Assembly (NCBI GenBank): GCA_019058275.1
Contig: JAHLVW010000085.1
Span: 1 to 50,853, forward strand
DNA from: Candidatus Heimdallarchaeota archaeon
GTDB taxonomy: Archaea > Asgardarchaeota > Heimdallarchaeia > JABLTI01
DNA: 50,853 nt
Reading direction: 5' to 3'
In this document: positions 17,736 to 28,386 of the stretch, piece after piece
Layout of the letters: the number at the start of each line of letters is the position of its first letter
How positions within the stretch are numbered: position 1 is the first letter of the stretch
The notes under the pieces: model-generated
Seen by the model: only the letters and a program-made list of their open reading frames with translations
Told to the model about the DNA's origin: nothing
Databases searched by the model: none
Made by a program: the position numbers and the translations under genes

Positions 17736-19676
17736 ATGAATTCAAAAAAATTACTTTCTAAATTATTAATAATAATTATTTTTGTTACATCTTTCACACC
17801 TCTAGTAATTTCATCAGAAAAACCAAACACAGAATTTGAACTTACTCCAGAACCTCAGCAAACAAAAAACTGGACATTTATGATATATTTCTGTGCTGAT
17901 ACTCGAGATGATTATGTAACAGCTGATTTAGATAATTCAGCTAACTGGCTTGCAGCTGCAATGTTAGCAACAATAAATGCTTTGTATTGGTATGATTTAG
18001 AACCAGGTTCGGAATCTAATTTAAATGTTATAGCTCTCTTTGATCATCCCTACTCAGCAAGCTATCCTTATGGACAATGCAAACTCTACGAAGTTCAATA
18101 TAATAATCTAATTGAATTAGCTAATTATGGTGCCAAGAATATGGGTAATCCCTATACTTTGCGGGATTTTATTAATTATCCAGCAAATAATTATGCTCTA
18201 GTATTAAATGACCATGGACGTGGATATGCTGGCGTGTGCTATGATTATCACGCTACTCACGAATCCTGGGAATACGCCTTAGGTGATTGCCTTTCTGTGC
18301 CTGAACTAGAACTTGCTTTATCATTGTCTGGTGGAGTAGATGTACTCATTTTTGATACTTGTTTAGGTGGTTCCTATGAAATGATGTGGCAACTAAGAGG
18401 AGATGTTAAATATGTTGTTGCTGGTGAAACTTTGCAAACGCATCGTGCACTTTACCACCCTCGAGATATTCTTTATACTCTTAGTAGAGATACTACTATG
18501 ACTGCTTTAGAATTAGCTCAAGTGGCATACGATTTTGCAGTTAATCCTGTAAAGGTACCAACAGACCCCTATTATTCACCTCAATGGCCTACAGCTACAC
18601 TTTATGATCTCCCAAGTTTTGAATCATTACCATTAACGGGAGGCTACAGTCTTTTCTATGCATTTAATAAGCTGACTGAGTATTTGTATGGTGAGGTTTT
18701 ACATAATCTTACTTATGCTCGAGAAGTTTTTAGACCTATCAGAGATAAACTGACCTATCCAATATCAGCGTTTAGATCTAAAGCAATGATGGTTGATCTT
18801 GGAGATTTTGTAACTACAGTTCTAGAACATTCAGACCAAATGTACTATCAAACAGAAATAGAAGATTATGGAGGCCAAGTACTAGCTCGTCTTGTACCTT
18901 CATCCACTAATGCAATAATAAGTCATACCTATAAGCCTTCATATGAAGGTGATAATCTCACTGGATTTAGTATTTGCTTCCCGTACACAAGAGACATCTA
19001 TCAAGAATACTTGTATGCGAACTTGTATGATGATTTTGATATCTCAGCTGATACATATTGGGATGATTTCATATTCAATATCTACCCACCAAATGAAACA
19101 ATTTTTTATTTTCCAATTCCTGAATATTACGAGGAGTGGCATTTCTTTTTAGATCCTATTGATCCAACAATTAATCTACACGTTTTCATTGATACTGGAC
19201 CTTTTGAAAAACCATTACATATTGGTTATTCAGGACCAGATACTGGCATTGGTATGGGTATTGAAATTGGTATAGAAGGTGCGTCATTCGAAGATACGCT
19301 GATGTTTGGTTCCACTATGATTATAATACCTGCTGCTAGTATTCCCAGTTTGACTAAAGATGTTGTTCAAAATATTCAAGTTGTAGTAAACGCTTTAACA
19401 GCTGCAAGTGCATCTCAAGACGTTAATTTAACCGTTCGTCATGTTGATTCCATAGGTATATTATGGGAAGAATCTAAAACTTCCAACATAGAAATTGGTC
19501 AAATAATCAGCACAACTATCATAACTGATGATGAATGGACAGATTGGGAAGAATTAGCACCACCACTAATTACTAAAAAATTCAGTGGTTTTGACACAAC
19601 AATAACTTCAGTTTCAATAATATTTACATCGATAATTGCTTTTATTATAATAAAGCGAAAAAAGAAGGAAAAATAA
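17736..19676 (+). CDS. Clostripain-related (C11) cysteine peptidase, secreted and C-terminally anchored
   Basis: Signal peptide, WTFMIY, catalytic NDHGRG and FDTCL motifs, C-terminal TM plus KRKKKEK. Confidence 0.85.
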   Translation: MNSKKLLSKLLIIIIFVTSFTPLVISSEKPNTEFELTPEPQQTKNWTFMIYFCADTRDDYVTADLDNSANWLAAAMLATINALYWYDLEPGSESNLNVIALFDHPYSASYPYGQCKLYEVQYNNLIELANYGAKNMGNPYTLRDFINYPANNYALVLNDHGRGYAGVCYDYHATHESWEYALGDCLSVPELELALSLSGGVDVLIFDTCLGGSYEMMWQLRGDVKYVVAGETLQTHRALYHPRDILYTLSRDTTMTALELAQVAYDFAVNPVKVPTDPYYSPQWPTATLYDLPSFESLPLTGGYSLFYAFNKLTEYLYGEVLHNLTYAREVFRPIRDKLTYPISAFRSKAMMVDLGDFVTTVLEHSDQMYYQTEIEDYGGQVLARLVPSSTNAIISHTYKPSYEGDNLTGFSICFPYTRDIYQEYLYANLYDDFDISADTYWDDFIFNIYPPNETIFYFPIPEYYEEWHFFLDPIDPTINLHVFIDTGPFEKPLHIGYSGPDTGIGMGIEIGIEGASFEDTLMFGSTMIIIPAASIPSLTKDVVQNIQVVVNALTAASASQDVNLTVRHVDSIGILWEESKTSNIEIGQIISTTIITDDEWTDWEELAPPLITKKFSGFDTTITSVSIIFTSIIAFIIIKRKKKEK

Positions 19677-20379
19677 TTCCTTCTATTTTTTTCCTCTCAA
19701 ACTGTTTCTAAACTTTGGAGAGAGATTGTTTAATATTACTTGAGACTATAGATACTCATCATATATATTATCTTATCTTGATGAATTACTATATGATTTT
19801 TTTCTTGAAGCGACTTGATGATATCATTAATTGTATAGAGACCACAATATCATGCAAAAGGTTTGAAGATTTTTTTAGCAAAGTTCGTATAAGCAAGATC
19901 TTGAAATAAAAAAATGACTTTTAAATTACAATCTCATATTCTTCCCGTAATACATCAGTTCATAGATTCCCGTAGATTCATACTGTTCTTTCTTACCATC
20001 TTTTTCTACAACCAATTTTGATTTTCCTAAAAATCGGTGATACTAGGGATTTTTACACATTTGGTTGAAAAATAAATGAGGGCTGTTCCCTAATAGTAAA
20101 TTTTGTAGTACTAAATCTTTATTTCGTTGAAGATTCAATGTGAATTTAATTTTATCATCATCATAATTGAACTCTAATGAATTAGAGACCATTTTTTTGG
20201 TCTTAGGATGTTTTTCAGTTTGTTTATAAGTAACAGTTATTGTTTTAGTATCATCTGTTAGAATGCTTGTCTTATCTAATAATATCATGTATGACATTTG
20301 TTTTTGTCTGCTTGCGAAGAAAATTAATAAAAGTGAATCTAATACATAATTACTTGTCTGATAATGGGTTTGGAATATT

Positions 20380-20847
20380 ATGAGAATTGGGAAAGTAACT
20401 GCTAAAGCAATAATTGAATGTGTAGAAGCAATAGAATATCTTTCATCAGATACAAAACAGCCAGTAACATCTGAAAAAGTACATGAGTATCTAAGAATGA
20501 GTTTTGAATACGTTAATGATGCAATTGAAGTAGCTCTATTACTGCAATTTATTAGTAATGGTAATACATTAACACTATCACCTGATGGAAAGAAATTAAT
20601 TAAGTCAACAACAAAGCAATCACGAATATTATTTGGAAAACAATTGCAAAAATTACCTCCTACTAAACAATTGATTGAATTAATACGTGATGGAAATAAA
20701 CTCGAAGATGCAATTAGTAATATTATAAAATGCTTTGCTATCCAGGGCAATGAAAAAGAGATTTCATATTCATTAAGAAATTTACTGATATTTGCTAATG
20801 TTCCATCTGCATCAAGATCTGCAACAGTTAGAGATGACTCAACATAA
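20380..20847 (+). CDS. Winged-helix-like protein, paralog of 14090-14545, with its 3' end replaced after about 20799
   Basis: Collinear high nucleotide similarity to 14045-14526, including the upstream region. Confidence 0.7.
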   Translation: MRIGKVTAKAIIECVEAIEYLSSDTKQPVTSEKVHEYLRMSFEYVNDAIEVALLLQFISNGNTLTLSPDGKKLIKSTTKQSRILFGKQLQKLPPTKQLIELIRDGNKLEDAISNIIKCFAIQGNEKEISYSLRNLLIFANVPSASRSATVRDDST

Positions 20848-21011
20848 TCACCTGTAGGGAAATTCCATAATTGATTCACTCACATTGTTGGAGGTAGAGG
20901 ATCACTATTAATTATTATCTCTTCATTCTTCGCTACAAAATTCATAGGCTTAGTAAAAACTACTACCAATAATAAGAAAATTATTACTAAATTTCTTTTA
21001 CCTTTTGTCAA
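20795..21011 (-). pseudogene. N-terminal fragment of a secreted FG-GAP/VCBS-repeat protein
   Basis: TTG 21011 start, signal peptide, in-frame TGA at 20880-20882, then LWNFPTGDYVESSLTVADLDADGTL, which is cut off by the paralog above. Confidence 0.7.
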
Positions 21012-21160
21012 ATTATACCCAACCTCAAAAACTATATAGCATAAAACTTCTAGATTCATTTAGTTTTCAGTGATAAGAAATAGAACTGTCATTGAAGAAT
21101 CTCACTCTAATGATAGTAAATACCGAAAGAGTTTTCTAGCAAATTTAGGAGGATATTAAA

Positions 21161-22627
21161 TTATAGTGTTTTTACTGGTTTAATATCTTTTAATCTGAAG
21201 TCAGCGAGCTTAAATTGGACTCGAGTAGATTTTGGTTTTAGTATCTGTCGTACACCTAAGCTTACTAATATTACAGGAATTATTCCTCCTAAAGCTATGA
21301 GACTAGCAATACTCATTCCCCCAAAAGTTGCTTCTGTAACAGACCAAAGCTCATTTAGTGTTGAATTGAGTCCTAGATTAATTCCTAGGATGCTAATAAT
21401 CTTTGGAACGAAACTTGCAAGTATCCCAAAGTAAGCAACAACTCTCGCAAAACGGGGATCTACGACTTTTGCTTCTAAATCAATAGTATGAATTTCTTTT
21501 CCTTCATTTATGAACTTGATATGTCCAAGAATCTTACCTTTAACTCCAGGAGTAACAAAAAATGTTAGTTCATCCTCAGTTTGAGTGAAATCTGTATCAA
21601 TATCTCTAGGAACAACACTGCATCCAGGAATAGTAGGACGAACTGTAATGATAGGATCTTTTAATGTCACATCCATTTCAGATTGCTTTTGGATTTTACG
21701 TTCTCCAGTTATTGGATTTACAACTGGAGTCATTCTCTCTTTGATGATATCTGTTATATTGATGGTCATTGGATAGTAATTTTGTGGATTCATTCGATCG
21801 AAATATTCCATAGAAATATGCTTTAGATAATCCTTTTCCTCTTCTACAATTTCTTCTCGCATTTCCACTTTTTTTGTATCTTTAAAAGCAGCTTTTTTCC
21901 TTTTTGGTGCTGTAGGTGCAAACCCGGGTGCACCAGCTAGTGTTGGTGCTAGTAAGTCTTCAATTTCCTCAACTTCTTTTAGCTCTTCAGTTACCTCAGC
22001 TTTTACTATTCTTTCAGCTTCTTTCATTACTTCAAGTTCGATTGTATCAGGAGCTATTTCATCTTCTATAGGTTCTTCTGTTAACTCAGGCTCAAGACCT
22101 ACTTCATCTTCTATCGATTCTTCTACTTCATCAAAACTATCCAAATCCATAGATTCAACTACTGGAGGTTGAGGAATTTCTCTTTCATCTCTTAAATCTT
22201 GAAGTTTTTCAAACACTGCCCCAACAGGCTGACCAAAGCTTTGTTTTTCTTCTTCTGCTTTATCTAGGTCAATTTCATCATCAACTTCTTTTTCAGTAGG
22301 AATTTCTAGATCAAAGATTATTATGAATACCTTTTCTCCTGAGTCCTCTATCACACCGGATTCAAGATACTTGCCAGGTAGTCCTGGTTGCTCAGCTTCA
22401 GATTGAAGGCTATTAACTTCACTTATCCAAGCATTTTCCGCTGAGAAAATACTGGAAAACCCTTCATTATTATAGACCTTAATCTGTACTTTTTTGTTTG
22501 TTAATTTTTGAACTCCATCAAATAGCCAATAATTTTGAGCTTCAGAAAGGAGATTTGAGATTTCATATTCATGTTCTAAGGTAATTGAGTCACCTTTAAC
22601 ATAAGGACATTGCATCATCTTTATCAC
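21161..22627 (-). CDS. Membrane protein with a kinase N-lobe-like N-terminus, long acidic linker, beta domain and two C-terminal TM helices
   Basis: 488 aa ORF; domain reading is from composition and weak motifs. Confidence 0.7.
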   Translation of the reverse strand: MIKMMQCPYVKGDSITLEHEYEISNLLSEAQNYWLFDGVQKLTNKKVQIKVYNNEGFSSIFSAENAWISEVNSLQSEAEQPGLPGKYLESGVIEDSGEKVFIIIFDLEIPTEKEVDDEIDLDKAEEEKQSFGQPVGAVFEKLQDLRDEREIPQPPVVESMDLDSFDEVEESIEDEVGLEPELTEEPIEDEIAPDTIELEVMKEAERIVKAEVTEELKEVEEIEDLLAPTLAGAPGFAPTAPKRKKAAFKDTKKVEMREEIVEEEKDYLKHISMEYFDRMNPQNYYPMTINITDIIKERMTPVVNPITGERKIQKQSEMDVTLKDPIITVRPTIPGCSVVPRDIDTDFTQTEDELTFFVTPGVKGKILGHIKFINEGKEIHTIDLEAKVVDPRFARVVAYFGILASFVPKIISILGINLGLNSTLNELWSVTEATFGGMSIASLIALGGIIPVILVSLGVRQILKPKSTRVQFKLADFRLKDIKPVKTL

Positions 22628-22875
22628 ACAACTACTAAATTAACGATTTTATTTTTTTAATATTCAAAAGAAATATCCTAAACATAAAATTTGTTGACTA
22701 GGAAAATTTATGGAAAAATCAATGACAAGCAATTGTTTTAGTAAATTAAATACTCTAATTTAACTATAGGCTTGTTAAATGCTGCAGGTTAGATTAATTA
22801 TTTTGTTGCGAAACATTTTTTCATACTATCTAGAATAGTTCATTAGGATTTTAAATTCTGAAGAATTCTCTTGAT

Positions 22876-23595
22876 TTGGAAACAACTAATGAAGAAATAG
22901 AAACCGAAACTACAGAGAAGCAATTGCGAGACTTAAGAAGTGAATATGTTTTTTGTCCGAAATGTGGAAAGAAGAATTCGTTTAAAACTGCTTCAACAGG
23001 ACAAACAAAATTCTTTTGCGATAGATACTCAAGAGAATTAAGTGATCTCTGGGAAAGTTTCAAACAAGATTTATATGGGTTAATTTCTTGTTCAGTTTGT
23101 AATGAATATACTTCAATTAAAGGGAAATACTGTATTAATTGTGGAAACACTTTTGCAAAACCAAGACTTTATGGAGACAAAACGCGAATAGTTAGAAGAG
23201 CATTAATTAATCCAGATGCAACATCTATTCTTGGTCTTATATTAACTATTATAGGATTTGGATCGCTTATTGCTTATCCACTTGGTTTTTATCTTGAAGC
23301 TTCTGCATTAAGCATGGTTATATTTATTTTAATTCCAATATTTGCCATAATAACAATCATTGGTATAGTACTGGGAGCAATTTCAAGGGAGGATAGACTC
23401 GGAAAGATTGATCTAGTAGTTAATTGTGCTGTAGTTATAGGGTTTTATTATCTACATGATTGTAGCTTGGATTATTATCTTAATTCAAAATGCTTAAAGC
23501 GGGGTATGATTCAACTTAAGATTTTTCTAGATAAATTTAAAACAAGAATATTGCTGTTTATTGAGATTTTAATTAAAACTTGGTATTTGCTATGA
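22876..23595 (+). CDS. Double zinc-ribbon membrane protein; possible +1 frameshift near 23445
   Basis: CPKC, CSVC and CINC motifs plus TM helices. The third TM continues as IIYMIVAWIIILIQNA* in another frame. Confidence 0.7.
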   Translation: METTNEEIETETTEKQLRDLRSEYVFCPKCGKKNSFKTASTGQTKFFCDRYSRELSDLWESFKQDLYGLISCSVCNEYTSIKGKYCINCGNTFAKPRLYGDKTRIVRRALINPDATSILGLILTIIGFGSLIAYPLGFYLEASALSMVIFILIPIFAIITIIGIVLGAISREDRLGKIDLVVNCAVVIGFYYLHDCSLDYYLNSKCLKRGMIQLKIFLDKFKTRILLFIEILIKTWYLL

Positions 23596-23753
23596 CTCAT
23601 AATAATAACTAGAATTAAGGCTAGCGGAGAAAAAGAGGAATATATAATTGAAGAAGAAACAACAGAGATACAGCTAAATTACATTGGAGTTAAATGTGTT
23701 CAATATTTGAGTTATAATTATGCCAAAAAGGAATTATTTTTATTATTGATTAA

Positions 23754-24203
23754 ATGTATTATATATTAAGTAGTGAAAATTTAATTGAAGAAGGGTTTTC
23801 TTTGTTAGAGTTCATAAAAGAGATAACTGTCAAAAATCCCATTCCTGTTCCTTATAGCATTGCAATGCTAATATGGATGTTTCTTGGTCCAGTTCTCTTA
23901 ATTTTTCTAATTTGGTTTATAGTCAGAATAGTTAAGCATTCAAAAACTCTCCCTAAAGATAAGACAAGAACTAACTATCTAATAAAGAGTTCATTATACC
24001 TCATCTCGATTACTTTTCTAACCTTTGGTTTTTTGTTTATCCCTGATATTATCTGGTTTGCTGTTCAAGGATTTAGCTATTCATTTTCTCTCTATCTTTT
24101 CCTTGGTTTTTCTGTACCTGGTCTGATTCTTCTAATAATCGCTTTTGCTTATCAAGATTCTAATCGAAAAGATATCATAAGTATTCAGAAGCAAATAACT
24201 TAA
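23754..24203 (+). CDS. Hypothetical membrane protein (3 TM)
   Basis: Three hydrophobic segments; no motif recognised. Confidence 0.65.
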   Translation: MYYILSSENLIEEGFSLLEFIKEITVKNPIPVPYSIAMLIWMFLGPVLLIFLIWFIVRIVKHSKTLPKDKTRTNYLIKSSLYLISITFLTFGFLFIPDIIWFAVQGFSYSFSLYLFLGFSVPGLILLIIAFAYQDSNRKDIISIQKQIT

Positions 24204-24309
24204 ACTATGCAGAAAATGCTATTGCTAGAATCTAAAAATGAAATTGATTTGAAGAACCAATTCCCTTTTGGAATATTTATTATTTCTCAATAACTGTTTT
24301 AACAATTTC

Positions 24310-25179
24310 CTATGGCAATTTATTCTTCTCAGCAGATTTTTCAAAGGAAGCAACCATTCTTGGACTTATTTCAAGAGCTTTCTTAAAATAGTAAATTGCC
24401 TTATCTTCAATTCCCAATTCCAAGTACTCGTAACCTATGCTTGTCCAAATATCAAGATACCTTGCTTCCTCTTTATCCTCAAGGAATTTCCCAGCCTTAT
24501 CAAGGATTACTAGTTTCTCTTCATCATCCGCTTTTTGAAATTCAGAATAGAGTTTCCATATTGTCATCAGATTTTTCCTAATGTTAAGAATTCGACCAAT
24601 TTCTTTGATAGGTTCATCATGATACTCAATCGTAATATCAATTACTATGTCAGATCTTGTGATTCCTCCGCCAATTTTAGCAACAAATACCCTTGCGTTT
24701 TGTTTACCTCGAGCATCACCACCAGCATTATCACCAGCTTGAAGTGCTGAATAAAGTCTGTCCGTTAAAGAACCCTCAGTATTCTCAAAAGCAAATGTCA
24801 TCTTGTCTATTACTTCTGGTCCAACAAGGATGTTACCTTGACAAGCATAATCTTTGCTAGTTTTATGACCTGCCCAATGAGAGCACTTATCTCCAGTGAA
24901 AGCAAAAGTATCTCCTTCGAAATTTACCAAACTTATTTGTCTATTTTCAATGTTCTCATCTATTTCCTTGAAGTGATCCATTATTTCTGATAAGGTTTTG
25001 TTTTTCTCTAATTGCTCAAAAAATACTGCAAGGAAGGTTGATTTCCCTTGTACTTGTGATGCTATGACTCCTTTTTCAGCTATTGCTCGACAAACTAATC
25101 CTGCATTCCAAGAACAGGAAGCAATTGCAAATCCAACTTCTTTGTTTTCTTTATCTATACCTACAATTGAAAATGTCAT
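24310..25179 (-). CDS. DUF1028 family (Ntn-hydrolase-like) protein with a C-terminal TPR
   Basis: MTFSIVG.D, QGNILVG, AG..AGGDARGKQ and a terminal TPR. Confidence 0.88.
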   Translation of the reverse strand: MTFSIVGIDKENKEVGFAIASCSWNAGLVCRAIAEKGVIASQVQGKSTFLAVFFEQLEKNKTLSEIMDHFKEIDENIENRQISLVNFEGDTFAFTGDKCSHWAGHKTSKDYACQGNILVGPEVIDKMTFAFENTEGSLTDRLYSALQAGDNAGGDARGKQNARVFVAKIGGGITRSDIVIDITIEYHDEPIKEIGRILNIRKNLMTIWKLYSEFQKADDEEKLVILDKAGKFLEDKEEARYLDIWTSIGYEYLELGIEDKAIYYFKKALEISPRMVASFEKSAEKNKLP

Positions 25180-25290
25180 ATTTTCCTAAATCGCTGGTTA
25201 ATTTAAAAGGGTGGTTCACATTATGAGGTCCCCATTTATGACCTTTTAGAAGCTACCTATAAATTATATCAAAAAAACCATGAAATTTTT

Positions 25291-25668
25291 TCATTGATCA
25301 ATTCTAATTATTCTGATTGAATCGCTCTTTTCTCCACTCAGATTTGGACAACATGAATCTGCAAAAAGAGCTATTTTAAGAATTCGTGATGTAATAATAG
25401 GAAGAATCTCTTTTCCTTTAGCAGTTAAATTATAGGTTCTTATTCTTTGGTCTTCTCTTCCTTCCTTTTTTGTAGTCTCTTGTATGAATCCTTTCTTCTC
25501 CATTGATTGAAGTATTTTATAGGTTGCTCCTGGAGAAGGAGTCCAATCTAATCCTAAGTTATCCCTAATATTCTGTACAATTTCTGATCCTGAAAGCGAA
25601 ACAGGATCATTTAGTACCATTAGGAAGAAAGCTTCCATTGGTGTAGCATTAAGACCTTTACCGATCAT
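25291..25668 (-). CDS. PadR family transcriptional regulator
   Basis: SG.EI, WTPSPGATYKIL..MEKKGFI, R.Y.LT.KG. Start moved to ATG 25668 to avoid overlapping arsM. Confidence 0.85.
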   Translation of the reverse strand: MIGKGLNATPMEAFFLMVLNDPVSLSGSEIVQNIRDNLGLDWTPSPGATYKILQSMEKKGFIQETTKKEGREDQRIRTYNLTAKGKEILPIITSRILKIALFADSCCPNLSGEKSDSIRIIRIDQ

Positions 25669-25801
25669 CGTTTTTTGACTTCTTGTTTTGTCTATGTTTA
25701 ACTTATCTACAAAAAACTTTATAAATGTTTGTGCATAAGGAATATTTATAAGAAATATTCCAAAAGAATATTCTTGGGGACTAATTTCTAACTTACAAAC
25801 A

Positions 25802-26752
25802 ATGGATGTGAATGAAATGTCTGAAAAGATGATTAAAATGGAATCTTCTTCTTCCAATGAAGAAGAAAGCGATGTTTTGATTGGAAACGAGCAAGAAAAA
25901 ACAAGAAGAGAAATTCGCAAACGTTACAAAAACGTTGCAGAAGGAAAAGCCTTAGAATTACCTAAGGAGGAAGAAAAGCTAGTAAAGAAAGCAATGAAAT
26001 GCAGTCCAGCTCTCTACTCAAAAGAAGAACTCAATAAAATACCCAAGAATTCGAATCTAGGATTAGGTTCAGGTAATCCAGTTTCTTTAGCAGATATTCA
26101 ATTAGGTGAAACAGTAGTTGACTTGGGTTCTGGAGCAGGTGTTGATTGTTTTTTAGCAGCAAACAAAGTTGGTGATTCCGGTAAAGTTATTGGAATTGAT
26201 ATGACTTCTGAAATGATTGATCTTGCAAGAGTAAGTGCATTTAAAGATAATTATGAAAATGTTGAATTCAGATTAGGAGAAATTGAGCATCTGCCAATTG
26301 CTAATGAAACTGTAGATTTGATTATTTCCAATTGTGTAATCAATTTAGCTTCAGATAAAACTCAAGTTTTCAGAGAAGCATTTAGAGTTCTAAAACCTGG
26401 TGGACGATTAATCATCTCAGATATAATGTTTGCTAACGAACTCCCTGAAAAGGTTAGTAATGCATTCAAAGGAATGGCTGGCTGTGTTTCAAGAGCAGTA
26501 GTAAAGGATCAGTATCTTGGTTTTATAGAAAGTGTGGGGTTCGAGGATGTTGAAATTATAAATCAATATACTATGCAATCTCAAAAAAGAAAATTAGCTA
26601 AGAAGAAGAAAAAGGATTCTCCACCAAAAACTGTTATAATTGCAAGTGGCAAAAGGATTGAGCTTGAGCTTACTCCTGAAGAATTAGAACAAATGGATAC
26701 TGCAATAATTTCTGCACATGTTAGGGCTTTTAAACCAAAAAATAATATTTAG
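25802..26752 (+). CDS. arsM: Arsenite methyltransferase family protein
   Basis: NLGLGSGNP, VVDLGSGAGVDCFLAA, SNCVINL, GCV. Confidence 0.8.
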   Translation: MDVNEMSEKMIKMESSSSNEEESDVLIGNEQEKTRREIRKRYKNVAEGKALELPKEEEKLVKKAMKCSPALYSKEELNKIPKNSNLGLGSGNPVSLADIQLGETVVDLGSGAGVDCFLAANKVGDSGKVIGIDMTSEMIDLARVSAFKDNYENVEFRLGEIEHLPIANETVDLIISNCVINLASDKTQVFREAFRVLKPGGRLIISDIMFANELPEKVSNAFKGMAGCVSRAVVKDQYLGFIESVGFEDVEIINQYTMQSQKRKLAKKKKKDSPPKTVIIASGKRIELELTPEELEQMDTAIISAHVRAFKPKNNI

Positions 26753-26785
26753 ATTGAGTGTCAATTACAAACACTCATTCTAATA

Positions 26786-28267
26786 TTAGCTTCTTTTTTT
26801 CTTGAAAATTATCATACACATAACGACTGGTATTATTATGAAATATGAATAGGAAATTCCTACTCCATCAGTAACATGATTGCCATCATAGAACGTGTAG
26901 TTCAAGTCCACTGAAATCAACTCATTTAGTGACATGACAGTTCCGAATACTGTAGGTGTGTTTTTAGATAGTAGACTAGTAATAATGTAAACATCTCTGA
27001 TATTTTCACCTTCAACATAAATTCTAATGTCATCAGATTTCTTTTCATTTATCTCTTGTATAACAGTCCAACCATTATCGTCTTCAAAAGCAATGGAAAT
27101 GCCAAGTGCATAGGGTTGTGGATTATCTATTACAAAAGTAAAATTGTCATTTGAAGTATAGATTTTCTTTACATCAAATCCATAGTAGTAATGTCTCCTT
27201 TCCATAATGAATTCACGAACCATTGATGAAGCTGCTTGAATTCTGTAATCGACTGTCTCAAAACCATAAATTCCATCGTAGATTTCTGTGTTATCTAGTA
27301 CACAAGCAGTTATCCAATCTAAGTATAAATCATTGAATGTAAGATTATAACCGAAATGCTCGAGAGCAGCATCAACACCTATTGCGCCATCTTCCTCAAT
27401 AAACACTAATTTTTTTGTGAATTCATTTCCGAATCTATTTGCTAAATATGTTACAAAAAGATAAGCCTGTCCATAACTGGAATCCCACAATTCTCCATAT
27501 TCTCTGACAAAATGTAATAGTGAAATTTCAGGATGATAAGTGAATGAAGTAACCACTGCTGTTGTAACCCAGAAATCGTAACCAGCATAATCTACAGCAT
27601 AATTAGCTAATCCTTCGTTAATAAATTGGCAATCATTCCAGTCATTGTTATACCAAATTAGATGATTAAACTCATGAATTGTTATACAAATCGTATCATT
27701 CACATTATGCTCTGAATCTACATAAACCATTTCTCTGAGGTTAGCATAAGGGAAGCTAGGATTTTCGTTATCTAGATTAATAAAACCTAGGTATGCTTGC
27801 CCCATGTATCTTACTGTAGGGGCCAAAAAAACTGTCACTTTTGGATCTCCATCTATATCACCTAATACTCCACTAGGATGACCTGCAACTTCAATTGCTT
27901 TGGGATAAATATAATGATCAAAAGCATCTCTTAATGCTTCACACTTTGAAACAGAGTTATTTTCTCCCAATAATTCGATTGTTTCGTTCGCCATGTAAAT
28001 ATAGCAGTCATCACCAACTGCAAGACAAGTAGCTCTTATTTGAATGAATTCAGGTAGTTGAATCCAAAACAACCTTTGATCTCCAAAACTTTCTGATAAA
28101 ATGTTAGCTTGTTCAATATTTTTTGGTTGAATTATTTGTTCAAAATTCTGCTTCTCATAGAGAGATATAGTTCTACCAGAATTCTTTATGTTGACATTAC
28201 TAGAAAAAGTAAGTATAAGCATAACAATAATCAAGAAAATGGTTTTTCTTAATTTGGTCATTTCCAT
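26786..28267 (-). CDS. Secreted zinc metallopeptidase (M30-like), C-terminally anchored
   Basis: HEFNH...NEGLA, DIDGDPKV, signal peptide from ATG 28267, C-terminal TM plus KKKRS. Confidence 0.8.
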   Translation of the reverse strand: MEMTKLRKTIFLIIVMLILTFSSNVNIKNSGRTISLYEKQNFEQIIQPKNIEQANILSESFGDQRLFWIQLPEFIQIRATCLAVGDDCYIYMANETIELLGENNSVSKCEALRDAFDHYIYPKAIEVAGHPSGVLGDIDGDPKVTVFLAPTVRYMGQAYLGFINLDNENPSFPYANLREMVYVDSEHNVNDTICITIHEFNHLIWYNNDWNDCQFINEGLANYAVDYAGYDFWVTTAVVTSFTYHPEISLLHFVREYGELWDSSYGQAYLFVTYLANRFGNEFTKKLVFIEEDGAIGVDAALEHFGYNLTFNDLYLDWITACVLDNTEIYDGIYGFETVDYRIQAASSMVREFIMERRHYYYGFDVKKIYTSNDNFTFVIDNPQPYALGISIAFEDDNGWTVIQEINEKKSDDIRIYVEGENIRDVYIITSLLSKNTPTVFGTVMSLNELISVDLNYTFYDGNHVTDGVGISYSYFIIIPVVMCMIIFKKKRS

Positions 28268-28386
28268 CAGCTGGTTTACTCGAAGGAACCTAATAAAACT
28301 TAACAAAGAACTTGGAAAAAAAGATAATATTATCTCTTTTCCATGAGTAAGATTTTTGGATATAAAAGATATTATAGTTACCAACG

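Noticed and set aside
20043-20879. 278 aa minus-strand ORF as a real gene
   Set aside because: It is a chimera of an FG-GAP fragment, the antisense of the wHTH paralog and probable degraded sequence.
22930-22954. cttaagaagtgaatatgttttt resembling the repeat arm or promoter block
   Set aside because: Lies inside a coding region (DLRSEYVF) and the match is short.
25669-25920. N-terminal extension of the PadR ORF
   Set aside because: Overlaps arsM and the shared promoter region, and reads as antisense shadow sequence.
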